The notes under the pieces: model-generated
Told to the model about the DNA's origin: nothing
What the model saw: only the letters and a program-made list of their open reading frames with translations
The model's database searches: none
Position numbers and translations under genes: made by a program
In this document: positions 10,652 through 19,643 of the stretch, piece after piece
Layout: each line of letters starts with the position of its first letter
Position numbering within the stretch: the first letter of the stretch is position 1
Assembly (NCBI GenBank): GCA_048938105.1
Contig: JBHLMN010000015.1
Span: 32,001-96,000, forward strand
Direction: 5' to 3'
Length of the DNA: 64,000 nucleotides
Source of the DNA: Promethearchaeota archaeon
Lineage (GTDB): Archaea; Asgardarchaeota; Heimdallarchaeia; Hodarchaeales; Hodarchaeaceae

Positions 10652-10859
10652 CGATAAGGAAATGTCTTTGAAGCTACTTTTGGAGTAAAATCAACCACAC
10701 TTGGAATAACTTGGATATTAACAAGAATATGATAAAGCCTTTATGGCTATGCCGATAACCAAGAAGAAATAAAGAGCCAAAGAGAAAAGGTTTTTTTCTT
10801 GCGGAAGATATTGAATATTATTTCAAGAAAAGAAAAATAATTTTGATGAATGGAACAAC

Positions 10860-11363
10860 TTATTGGTTCTGATTAAAAAAATCCAGTGTTCTTTCAATGA
10901 GTTCTTCTAGAGGAGAAGATAATGGAAAAATGGCTGAAATAGATATGGAATTTGATGAAAAAGTTGGATTATTCTTTAAGAATTTAAACTTTATGTTTGG
11001 AAGGAAAAAAGGATCAGCCTGAGCTGATAAATATCGAGCATCAGAATAGGAGTCATCTGGTAAGAATTCTCCTTTAGGAAGCTTCAACGGGAATATCAAT
11101 TGAAAGATCATATTAGATGTTTTAATTAATGCTATTTTATCATATTTATTTCGTGGAAGGAAGCCAGGAGAAACTTTCAGACAATATCTGGCCATTTTTA
11201 AACAAGCGCACAATCCAGTTGGCTCTAAATTAGGCATTACCTTAATAGAATTCTGCAAACCTTGTTGAAATAAGACCAAGGGATCCCATGAAACAGACAA
11301 GTTACTCAAGCCATTATTAAGGATATTATTGAGAATTCTTATTTTTTTTCCTCCAAAGTACAT
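10860..11363 (-). CDS. Doubtful hypothetical protein
   Basis: 167-codon ORF overlapping the end of the upstream gene, with no recognisable motif. May be spurious or a remnant. Confidence 0.2.
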   Translation of the reverse strand: MYFGGKKIRILNNILNNGLSNLSVSWDPLVLFQQGLQNSIKVMPNLEPTGLCACLKMARYCLKVSPGFLPRNKYDKIALIKTSNMIFQLIFPLKLPKGEFLPDDSYSDARYLSAQADPFFLPNIKFKFLKNNPTFSSNSISISAIFPLSSPLEELIERTLDFFNQNQ

Positions 11364-13239
11364 AAGAGCTTATCAAAGCAGCGATATTTGGAAGAAGACT
11401 CCAAGGGGAAGTTCTAGAGGATGAAGTAGATTTTTCAGTTGTTGTTTCGGTTGTAGTTTTAGTAGTTTCTGAAAGTTTCACCGTAATCATCAATGAATCA
11501 CATGAGGACTGACCAGCGGAATTAAGTGCTTTTATAGTGATATTGTAAGATCCTTCTGCCAAATCAATATTAAAGGAGTTAAAGGGTTTTATCGAATCGT
11601 TCTCTTCAATAGATCCATTTACAAGAAGAGATACCTGTACTGCGTTGGAACTCACTTTGAAATCAATTGTAACGGGGCTAAGAAAGTCAGTAGTAGTTGT
11701 AGAAATTTCGATACGTGGAACATAAGTAAGTCCTGTATCAACATTGTCAAAAAGAACCCACTCGATCAGAACAGGGATAAAATGCTCGTTATCATGAACA
11801 AAATGTGGAGCAAATGAAAAATCTGAAAAAGATGTATCCCCAAAGACGATTATTCGATCATCATCATCAGAAAGACGTTCTAAAGCAACAAGGGGGATTC
11901 GTTCACCTCCAGAACCATCATCTGTGTCATCCCATACAACAGTTATACCAGGAGCAGATTCATCGTATTGATAATGATATTGAGAACCATTTACTAAGAT
12001 TTGGAGGTCATTAGATTGAGCAGCGAAATAGAGAGAATTAGGAGAGAAAAGTTGGAATACTTGCGCCACATCGAGGAATGACTTTCCTTGAGGTGCTTGA
12101 ACATTTTCAGTGTCAATATACCAATCTTTTTCGTCATAATAATATGGATCATCAGGAACAGTGTAAATATTGTCGTCATTCATCCGGATGACAGTTCCAA
12201 TAGCGGAAAGTAATTCATTGATTGCAGAATGGTTAATTGACAAGGTAAAATCTCCTCTTCCAGTGATAAATACTGATTTTCTTCCTGAGTCAAGCCAGTT
12301 TGTTATCGCATTTAGCTCTTCTATTGCAAAATTTGTTCCAAATGCGGTCACAATAAGAAAATTAACATCTTCTAAATCGGCCGCGCTAATGATATCCTCA
12401 TTAACAACTACTTCAAAACCAAGTGAGGAAAGATAGGACATGAGATTCTTTAATTGATCTTGGATTTCATAGTCATTGCCATGGCTACCATCAATCAATG
12501 CTTTTTGGGTGATTTTTGTCTCTATAATCGGTGCAAGGCTGTCTCCAATACCTTTTCGCCAGAGAGATGCTAATCCTGCTATGGCTCGGGTTAGTTGTTC
12601 TTCAGTAATTGCCTTGATGGTTACATTGTTGACAACTGCATCGGTTTGGTTTCCATCTGGATAAACATTTCTAATGTCATCATAGTATTGATGAGCATGA
12701 ATTGCTGCATCAATAGCATACTGTTGAATGTCAGAAATATTACTATCTAAGGTAATTGATCCGATTGTGAATTCTGAAAGGTAATAATTAATATCTGACT
12801 CATAAGCAGAATGACCAGGCCAATATTCATCAGTATGAACAGGAATATTGAGATCAGCCCAGTAGTGACCCATTATTGCACCTGCTAGAATTGCTTCTGG
12901 ATAATTCCCCGAAGAAAGATTCGCGACATAATAATTGTACCATCTCTCAATTGCTTGAGGTCCAGTTGTCTCTGAAGGATCTTCTGGATAATAGAGATGA
13001 TTAGGGGTATCCCCAATATCGTGCCATGTGTCAGGAAGTATTGATCCTCCTTTTACTAAAGATATCAACGAATTGAAAAGAACTTGCCAATCAGTATCAA
13101 GATATTCAATCGCTTCTTCAGCAATTAAATGATGAGTGGGCCAACCCCACTGGGGAGCCGCCTGACTAGATTTGAGTTGAATAAAAGGCATCATAAATAG
13201 AAGAATTATTATAATTAAAGGATATTTGAATTTGGTCAT
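11326..13239 (-). CDS. Surface-anchored S1/P1 nuclease or Zn-dependent phospholipase C, with GIFT/DUF4350-like and Ig-like domains
   Basis: Signal peptide. Zn ligands WGWPTH, ILPD..H, NH, GHYWADLNIPVH, HSAYE. Second domain starts ALIDGSHGND. Thr-rich linker, then SPWS, hydrophobic helix and RKKNK. Confidence 0.8.
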   Translation of the reverse strand: MTKFKYPLIIIILLFMMPFIQLKSSQAAPQWGWPTHHLIAEEAIEYLDTDWQVLFNSLISLVKGGSILPDTWHDIGDTPNHLYYPEDPSETTGPQAIERWYNYYVANLSSGNYPEAILAGAIMGHYWADLNIPVHTDEYWPGHSAYESDINYYLSEFTIGSITLDSNISDIQQYAIDAAIHAHQYYDDIRNVYPDGNQTDAVVNNVTIKAITEEQLTRAIAGLASLWRKGIGDSLAPIIETKITQKALIDGSHGNDYEIQDQLKNLMSYLSSLGFEVVVNEDIISAADLEDVNFLIVTAFGTNFAIEELNAITNWLDSGRKSVFITGRGDFTLSINHSAINELLSAIGTVIRMNDDNIYTVPDDPYYYDEKDWYIDTENVQAPQGKSFLDVAQVFQLFSPNSLYFAAQSNDLQILVNGSQYHYQYDESAPGITVVWDDTDDGSGGERIPLVALERLSDDDDRIIVFGDTSFSDFSFAPHFVHDNEHFIPVLIEWVLFDNVDTGLTYVPRIEISTTTTDFLSPVTIDFKVSSNAVQVSLLVNGSIEENDSIKPFNSFNIDLAEGSYNITIKALNSAGQSSCDSLMITVKLSETTKTTTETTTEKSTSSSRTSPWSLLPNIAALISSYVLWRKKNKNSQ

Positions 13240-13496
13240 AGTTAAACCTCAGAATAAAATTATCTTTCATGAGAAAGTTTAGTGAAGCTTTATATTCTTT
13301 TTCAATGTTTTTTTTAAAACTAGTAAATTAGTTGAGTTATTATCAAAATTATATAGAAATTTTCATCTAAAGATATTATCTTATTGGATCTGAATTGATT
13401 TTTGTTTAATTCAAGGATTCTAGTGCTGATTCAGTTAATAATTCAAAAATTTTTTCAAGAGATTGAAAAATTTTTAAAATATATTTACAGAATATA

Positions 13497-15239
13497 ATGA
13501 TGGTTATGAAAATGAGTAAGAATTTCTCAAGAACTTTAAGTAAACATATTCTAATCTTTCTGTGTATTGGATCAATGATTGGTGTTTGCTTTGAAGTAAT
13601 AACATCAAATACTATTCATAATGAGATTATTATAAATTCAAAGAATCCTATAAAAACAACAGGCACTATAGAAGAAGATATTCCTCTTGTAATTAAAATT
13701 TTATGCTACAACATTCAAGATAGTGGTCGTGATCCAAGATTTCTAGATGTACTAAAAGAAGAAAACGCAGACATAATCATGTTGGACGAAACATCTGAGT
13801 TTGGGGAATCAAATTATGCTTTACTCAAGCAAGTGGTAAAAAGTTTAAATAATTACTTTGTTGATGAAGACCCTTATACTGGTAAAACATTTTTGTGGTG
13901 TGATGAAACAATCATTAGTCGTTTTCCAATTGTTGATGTTAAATTAGTAAAACCTCTTATTTTAGATAATGGCGAAGAATATGATTTTTATAGAGATCCC
14001 CTTGATGCAGTGGTTAAAGTCAGGGATACAGACATTCACTTGATCGGAGTACACTTCAAATGTTGTGGGGATATAAGGAAACCAGGAGAGTGTAGAGAAG
14101 CAACAACGAGAGAAAATACAATGGAATCGGTCATTAATTACATGGATGATCTAGGGGATGTTCCAATAATTTATCTTGGGGATTTCAATTGCTATAATCC
14201 TATTGACATAGGAATCCTAGCTCCCAAAGTGATGAATCTTGGAGATGAACCTATTGATATGCTACTTAATGAAACAAATCCTCATGCTTCAGAGGTGCAT
14301 TCGTGGATCGATACTTTTAGGGAATTGAACCCATATGATCCAGGATACACTTATGACATAGATCCATATGGAAGTAGGATAGACTATATTTTTGTTAACC
14401 AATTCTTTGACACAAATTTAATCAATGCAACAGTAGGAGACACAGCGTCAGCCAAAGTAGGTTCTGATCATTATTCTCTTGATCTCTGGTTAAACATGGA
14501 TCCTACAGTTATTAATCTTCGATTTCCTAGGCAGGTGACTGGACTAAATGGGTCTATTATAAGCCCAACAGGGGTAAACATAACATGGGCTCCTAATGAG
14601 GAGGAAAATATTTCACACTATTTCGTATATCGTGATAAACTTAGAATAGCTAATATTACTGAGAATTTCTATGTTGATAATACATTGATTGCAGGTCAGA
14701 ATTATAGGTATACTGTAGGTGCAATAGATACGAGTAGGTATAAAGGCTTAAATTCAAGACATATTTTCGTTAATACAAGTTATGGGGTTGTAACTACCAC
14801 TGTTTCACCCGAATTGAAAGGAAATGCTAGAGATCAAGAAGTAACTTTAACATGGGAAATGCCAAAACAATATATTTTACCACAAATCCAGGGATTTTCC
14901 ATATATGAAGAAATTCAAAACAATTCTGGCACATTTTTTTCATTAATCGCTGATATACCAAGTGATAACAGAAGCTATACTCTGATAAACCTTGTTAACG
15001 GTCAGGAATATTCTTTTAGAGTTACAGCGATAAGTGAGTTAGGAGAAAGTTCAATGTCCAATAGAGTTACACTAAAACCTTCTGCTCCTGAACCATCTAC
15101 AAGCACTACTAGCTCTATAACAACAACACAGACCACGACAACGTCTACAAATGAGAGAACGCCAGGATTCGATTTTATTATTGGAATTGCCGCGGTACTA
15201 GCTCTAGTGATAGGTCTTACTCTCAGGAAAAAGCATTAG
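13497..15239 (+). CDS. Surface-anchored endonuclease/exonuclease/phosphatase (EEP) protein with two FN3 domains, PGF-CTERM-like
   Basis: YNIQ, LDE, GDFN, RIDYIF, SDH motifs. FN3 signatures (YRYTVGAID, YSFRVTAIS). Ends TTTSTNERT-PGF, TM, RKKH. Confidence 0.85.
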   Translation: MMVMKMSKNFSRTLSKHILIFLCIGSMIGVCFEVITSNTIHNEIIINSKNPIKTTGTIEEDIPLVIKILCYNIQDSGRDPRFLDVLKEENADIIMLDETSEFGESNYALLKQVVKSLNNYFVDEDPYTGKTFLWCDETIISRFPIVDVKLVKPLILDNGEEYDFYRDPLDAVVKVRDTDIHLIGVHFKCCGDIRKPGECREATTRENTMESVINYMDDLGDVPIIYLGDFNCYNPIDIGILAPKVMNLGDEPIDMLLNETNPHASEVHSWIDTFRELNPYDPGYTYDIDPYGSRIDYIFVNQFFDTNLINATVGDTASAKVGSDHYSLDLWLNMDPTVINLRFPRQVTGLNGSIISPTGVNITWAPNEEENISHYFVYRDKLRIANITENFYVDNTLIAGQNYRYTVGAIDTSRYKGLNSRHIFVNTSYGVVTTTVSPELKGNARDQEVTLTWEMPKQYILPQIQGFSIYEEIQNNSGTFFSLIADIPSDNRSYTLINLVNGQEYSFRVTAISELGESSMSNRVTLKPSAPEPSTSTTSSITTTQTTTTSTNERTPGFDFIIGIAAVLALVIGLTLRKKH

Positions 15240-15589
15240 TTATCATTCTATTCTCTTTTTTTTTATTTTATTCACATCTGATCTAATTATTTTTGATGTA
15301 GAGAGGTAAATCACGGATTTTTTAACTCAAATCATCTTATAAGATACATTATACACTCTCTCTTTTACTTTCTTTGACTTCACTGAATCCATAAAAGCAA
15401 ATCAAAAGTCTGTAGTCTCAAAAGTATTAATAGTATAGTTTCAATACACAACATTTATTCTTTGCCAAAATTATTTGTATAGACCAATGTGAGAAAAACT
15501 GGGGTTTCTACAGTGTTGTGAGGGAGTGAAGAGGACATTACTGAATTAAATTAAATCGTATTATTAGTAGAATTTTTATTTTCTCTGCT

Positions 15590-16669
15590 TTAGTATGCAG
15601 TTGGTCCAAATGCAAGGACATTATCTGGATTAACTCTTAGATAAACATTCTGTCCTATTTTTATGGGTACTTCAGTTTCTGTACGATAAACTATAACATC
15701 GGAACCATCTGTTAATCTTACAGTCATCCGTTCATACGTTCCATGATACATAATCGTTCGGACACGGCCAGGGAGTTGATTTGTGTTTAGATCTTCTGTA
15801 ATATCAACCTTAAATTTATTTGGTCTTAAGACAACACGAGCTTTCTTTCCTATTTCAAGTTCTTTTGTGAAAGTTGTCTTCAGAGTTCTATTTGTTTTTG
15901 CGATTTCTAATAATCCAGTCCCATCCTGAGTTGATTTAACAGGAAATTCAAGTAAATTTGCCTCACCGATAAAAGTTCCTACAAAAGAATTTTCTGGCTG
16001 TTCCCAAATCTCTCTTGGTCTTCCCGTTTGACGGATACGCCCTTTATCCATGACAACTATGTAATCTGAAATACTTAAAGCCTCTTCTTGATCGTGAGTT
16101 ACATAAATGGCCGTTAGCTCTAGTTCTTTCACTAAATCTCGGATATCACGACGAGTTTCAATCCGTAATTTAGCATCAAGATTAGATAGTGGTTCGTCCA
16201 TCAAGAGTACGTCAGGGTTTACTACAAGACAACGTGCCACGGCTACTCTTTGTTGTTGGCCACCAGAAAGCTTGAGAGGCATTCTATCCATGAAATCTTC
16301 CATCTGTACCATTTTCAATGAATCTAAAGCACGTCGATATTGTTCTTCTCTTCCAACCTTTCGTAATTTTAAGCCATATGTTACATTGTCTTTTACTGAC
16401 ATATGGGGCCATAATGCATAATTTTGAAAGACCATTGCTGTGTTTCTTTTTTGCGGTGGCATATCTGTTATGTCTTTATCCCCAAAATAGATTTTTCCAT
16501 TATCAGGAAAATAAAAACCAGCTATTGTACGTAAAGTGGTCGATTTCCCACAGCCAGAAGGGCCCAAGAGTGTTAAAATTTCTCCTTCACGTACTTCAAA
16601 TGAAACATTATCAACAGCTACTACTTCTTCAAATTTCTTTGTGATATTCTTTAAAATAACTTCAACCAT
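15590..16669 (-). CDS. ABC transporter ATP-binding subunit (FbpC/AfuC/PotA-like, TOBE tail)
   Basis: GPSGCGKST, VFQNYALWPHM, LSGGQQQR, LLMDEP, YVTHDQEEA. Confidence 0.95.
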   Translation of the reverse strand: MVEVILKNITKKFEEVVAVDNVSFEVREGEILTLLGPSGCGKSTTLRTIAGFYFPDNGKIYFGDKDITDMPPQKRNTAMVFQNYALWPHMSVKDNVTYGLKLRKVGREEQYRRALDSLKMVQMEDFMDRMPLKLSGGQQQRVAVARCLVVNPDVLLMDEPLSNLDAKLRIETRRDIRDLVKELELTAIYVTHDQEEALSISDYIVVMDKGRIRQTGRPREIWEQPENSFVGTFIGEANLLEFPVKSTQDGTGLLEIAKTNRTLKTTFTKELEIGKKARVVLRPNKFKVDITEDLNTNQLPGRVRTIMYHGTYERMTVRLTDGSDVIVYRTETEVPIKIGQNVYLRVNPDNVLAFGPTAY

Positions 16670-16799
16670 TTGTCAATTCCTCTATTGTTAATATATTGTT
16701 TTTTATTCGATTTTAGGAATTTAAGTAATGTCAATTATTTTTTGTTAATTTGACTAATCATTTATAAATTATTTTCCATCAAATGGGCATTCTGTGAAT

Positions 16800-19604
16800 T
16801 TAAATGCCTGTTAATGCGCTTCCACGGCGCTTTAATATTGAATTAGCAATACTTATGATGATAACTTGTAAAAGAATTAATAAGACGCCTAGAGCAGCCG
16901 CTTCGTTTACACCTAAGATTCCTTCGTGAGGTAGTGGATCGCTATTTTTCTCATTGATCATCCAAGGGATAGTTGCTTGGGCTTCGCTATTTAATAATAT
17001 CAATGAAGTACTGACTTCACCTAAAGCATATACAAATGAAATCATAGCACCAGCAATTACACTGACAGCAATTAATGGGATCGTGATTCTTAAAATTGTG
17101 TGAAGATTTGAGGCCCCTAGATTTGTTGATGCTTCTTCAAAAGTAACATGTGTCTGTTGAAGACCAGCGTAAGCTGCTCTAACAGTAAACGGAAATCTAC
17201 GCACTGTAAAACTAGCTATCAATAGAAAGTGAACAAGGTAAAATCCAGGCATTATTTCCTCTACTTGATACTCTCTACCTAATAATCCCACTAATGTAGG
17301 GATATAATAAATAAAAAGTCCAAATCCAACAATTATTCCCGGAATTGCAATAGGAGAAGTTACAAGAGTGTCAAAAGCGAATTTTCCTGGGAATTCTTTT
17401 CTAGCTAAGATGTAAGCTGCAGCAACACCTAGAAGGATGATGAGAATCATTGCAATAAAAGCATACATCGTGGTTCTAGAGATGATGTTGCTAAATCCTC
17501 CAACCTCTTTGATATAGGTTAGAAATTCGAGATTAGTAATTTCTCCAATTTGCCCAACGATTTCTGTTATCAAAGTTCCAATACCAAGGTTTAATTCATC
17601 TATAATTGGCTCTAATGATGGAATAAAAATTCGAGAAATTTCCGACAAAATGATAGAAATAACTATTGGAAGTAAAAAGGCAATGATTAGAAAACTATAT
17701 GCAGTTTTAGGATTAACATTAGGATCTGGTAGCTTAACATAATTTTTTGATAATCTGTACAAAAAGTAAAGAATTAACCATCCTAATATCCAAAGTGTTG
17801 GGATACTGATAACACGGATTAAATCACCAATATCTGGACTCAAAAGTTTGAATGAAATTGATGTTGGAAAAAGGTGTTTAGGATTTGTAACATCCCATGT
17901 GAAATTATCCGAAACTGAAAGAAAAAATGATCCTATATGAGGTAACAAAGCAAATGACATTAGTAGAACAACGGAAATTATTATTAATAGAGTGGGGATA
18001 ATAGAAATTTTCCGACTTCTTGGATTGAAAACGCCTCCTTTGCTAACCATTGCATATTCACGTATCCCGACATATTTGCGAATGAAAGCAAACCCTGTCA
18101 TGGCAATTACAAAGAGGATCACAGCCAGAGCTAATCCATCACCTTGTAATGTTCCCAATTGATCTTGCCATAAGGTAAATACCTTGGTTGTTAATAAATT
18201 TTGGATTTCCACATCACCAGAGAAAATTAATGGTGTACCTAGATCTTCTACACTTAAAATAAAAGTCAAAATCGATCCAGCTGCAATACCAGGAAGAGCA
18301 AGTGGAAAAGTTATCGACCTGAAGAGTTTTGAGCCAGAAGCACCGAGATTTTCACCACTTTCCTCTAAAGTGGGGTCAATGTTTTGGAATGCAGAAAGAC
18401 TGTTTAGGTAAATTAAGGTATAAAAATGGACTGATTGGACAAGAATTACTGCAGTAAGACCTTTCAAGATGATAGGAAACTGTAGTATGGGAATAGCATC
18501 ATAAAATAATCTATTAAAGAAGGAATACCCCTGTGGATGAGCTAACATACGTTTAATTCCAATTGCTCCAACAAATGGAGGTACAACGAGAGGGAAAAGG
18601 AGTACTGCTCTAATTACTGACTTCCCGAAGAATTCATAACGTGCAATGACAAAAGCAAAAAATACTCCTAATATGGCTGAGATAAATGTAGTTGCAATAG
18701 CTACAAATATCGTATTAACCAATACAGAAGCTTCTATACCAGCGAAAATTAAGATGTAACCATATTGGGGGTCTGGAACTTTATTGAAGAAGTTGATCCT
18801 CCATCCTTCAACAATGAAATCATAATTTGAAAATAAAAATGGAGTCATCAGGATAATACAAGTAAAGGATAGCCAAAAAAAAGGCTTAAGGAAAGATGAA
18901 CTTAATAGGTACCTAGAAAATTGTCGTGAATATAGAAATGAGCTAATTATTCCAACAATTATAGCGCCAATCATAGAAATGAAAGTTATAAGTTCCAAAT
19001 CAAATGAGTCATAAATCTGGAGTAACTGGCTTGATGCGGCTAAAAGGATCACAAAGAGAAACGTCACAACAGGGATTCCAACTATAAGGGCCAATGTTGG
19101 TTTTAAAGCAGTATTCAGGAAGAAATGATCAAGGTCATGCTTAATACTTTTATTTACAATTATTCCTATTCCAAGAAATAATAATGCAAGAATAATTCCA
19201 AATACACACTGGGGAACAGAAGTTAGGGCGTCAGAGAATAACAAAATAATAATAATTGTTACAATTGTGTAGCAGGACGGTATTAACAAGCTTACGAAAT
19301 CAAATCCTTTATTCTTAATTGTTCCCGCAAGTCTCGAAGCAAAAAAAATTACTAAACCAAAACTACTGATAAAAATAAAACTTCCAATGTCAAGTTCAAA
19401 ATATACAGGATTTTTAAAAACATCAACAAAGAATTTGAAAGAAAACTGACCATCAATGATAAAAGCTGTTAAAAGAATTGTAACCACTGGAATTACTAGA
19501 AAAAGAATAAAGAACACCAGAACAGAAAAAAGGAGAAAAAGGGAAAGCGGATCAAATTCCGCTTTAACCATTTTTAGATATTTCCTTGCCGTGAAAGTTG
19601 CCAT
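16800..19604 (-). CDS. ABC transporter permease (fused double TMD, FbpB/AfuB-like) with extra TM inserts
   Basis: Two EAA loops (DPTLEESGENLGAS, HVTFEEASTNLGAS); PLVVPPFVGA and PIAIPGI motifs; 934 aa. Confidence 0.9.
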   Translation of the reverse strand: MATFTARKYLKMVKAEFDPLSLFLLFSVLVFFILFLVIPVVTILLTAFIIDGQFSFKFFVDVFKNPVYFELDIGSFIFISSFGLVIFFASRLAGTIKNKGFDFVSLLIPSCYTIVTIIIILLFSDALTSVPQCVFGIILALLFLGIGIIVNKSIKHDLDHFFLNTALKPTLALIVGIPVVTFLFVILLAASSQLLQIYDSFDLELITFISMIGAIIVGIISSFLYSRQFSRYLLSSSFLKPFFWLSFTCIILMTPFLFSNYDFIVEGWRINFFNKVPDPQYGYILIFAGIEASVLVNTIFVAIATTFISAILGVFFAFVIARYEFFGKSVIRAVLLFPLVVPPFVGAIGIKRMLAHPQGYSFFNRLFYDAIPILQFPIILKGLTAVILVQSVHFYTLIYLNSLSAFQNIDPTLEESGENLGASGSKLFRSITFPLALPGIAAGSILTFILSVEDLGTPLIFSGDVEIQNLLTTKVFTLWQDQLGTLQGDGLALAVILFVIAMTGFAFIRKYVGIREYAMVSKGGVFNPRSRKISIIPTLLIIISVVLLMSFALLPHIGSFFLSVSDNFTWDVTNPKHLFPTSISFKLLSPDIGDLIRVISIPTLWILGWLILYFLYRLSKNYVKLPDPNVNPKTAYSFLIIAFLLPIVISIILSEISRIFIPSLEPIIDELNLGIGTLITEIVGQIGEITNLEFLTYIKEVGGFSNIISRTTMYAFIAMILIILLGVAAAYILARKEFPGKFAFDTLVTSPIAIPGIIVGFGLFIYYIPTLVGLLGREYQVEEIMPGFYLVHFLLIASFTVRRFPFTVRAAYAGLQQTHVTFEEASTNLGASNLHTILRITIPLIAVSVIAGAMISFVYALGEVSTSLILLNSEAQATIPWMINEKNSDPLPHEGILGVNEAAALGVLLILLQVIIISIANSILKRRGSALTGI

Positions 19605-19643
19605 AGAGTCCGATACTCCATAAAGCTCAGTTATAATAGCGTA

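Noticed and set aside
10897-11340. Plus-strand frame with several TGA codons (possible selenoprotein or recoding)
   Set aside because: It also contains TAG, shows no redox motif, and I saw no SECIS-like element.
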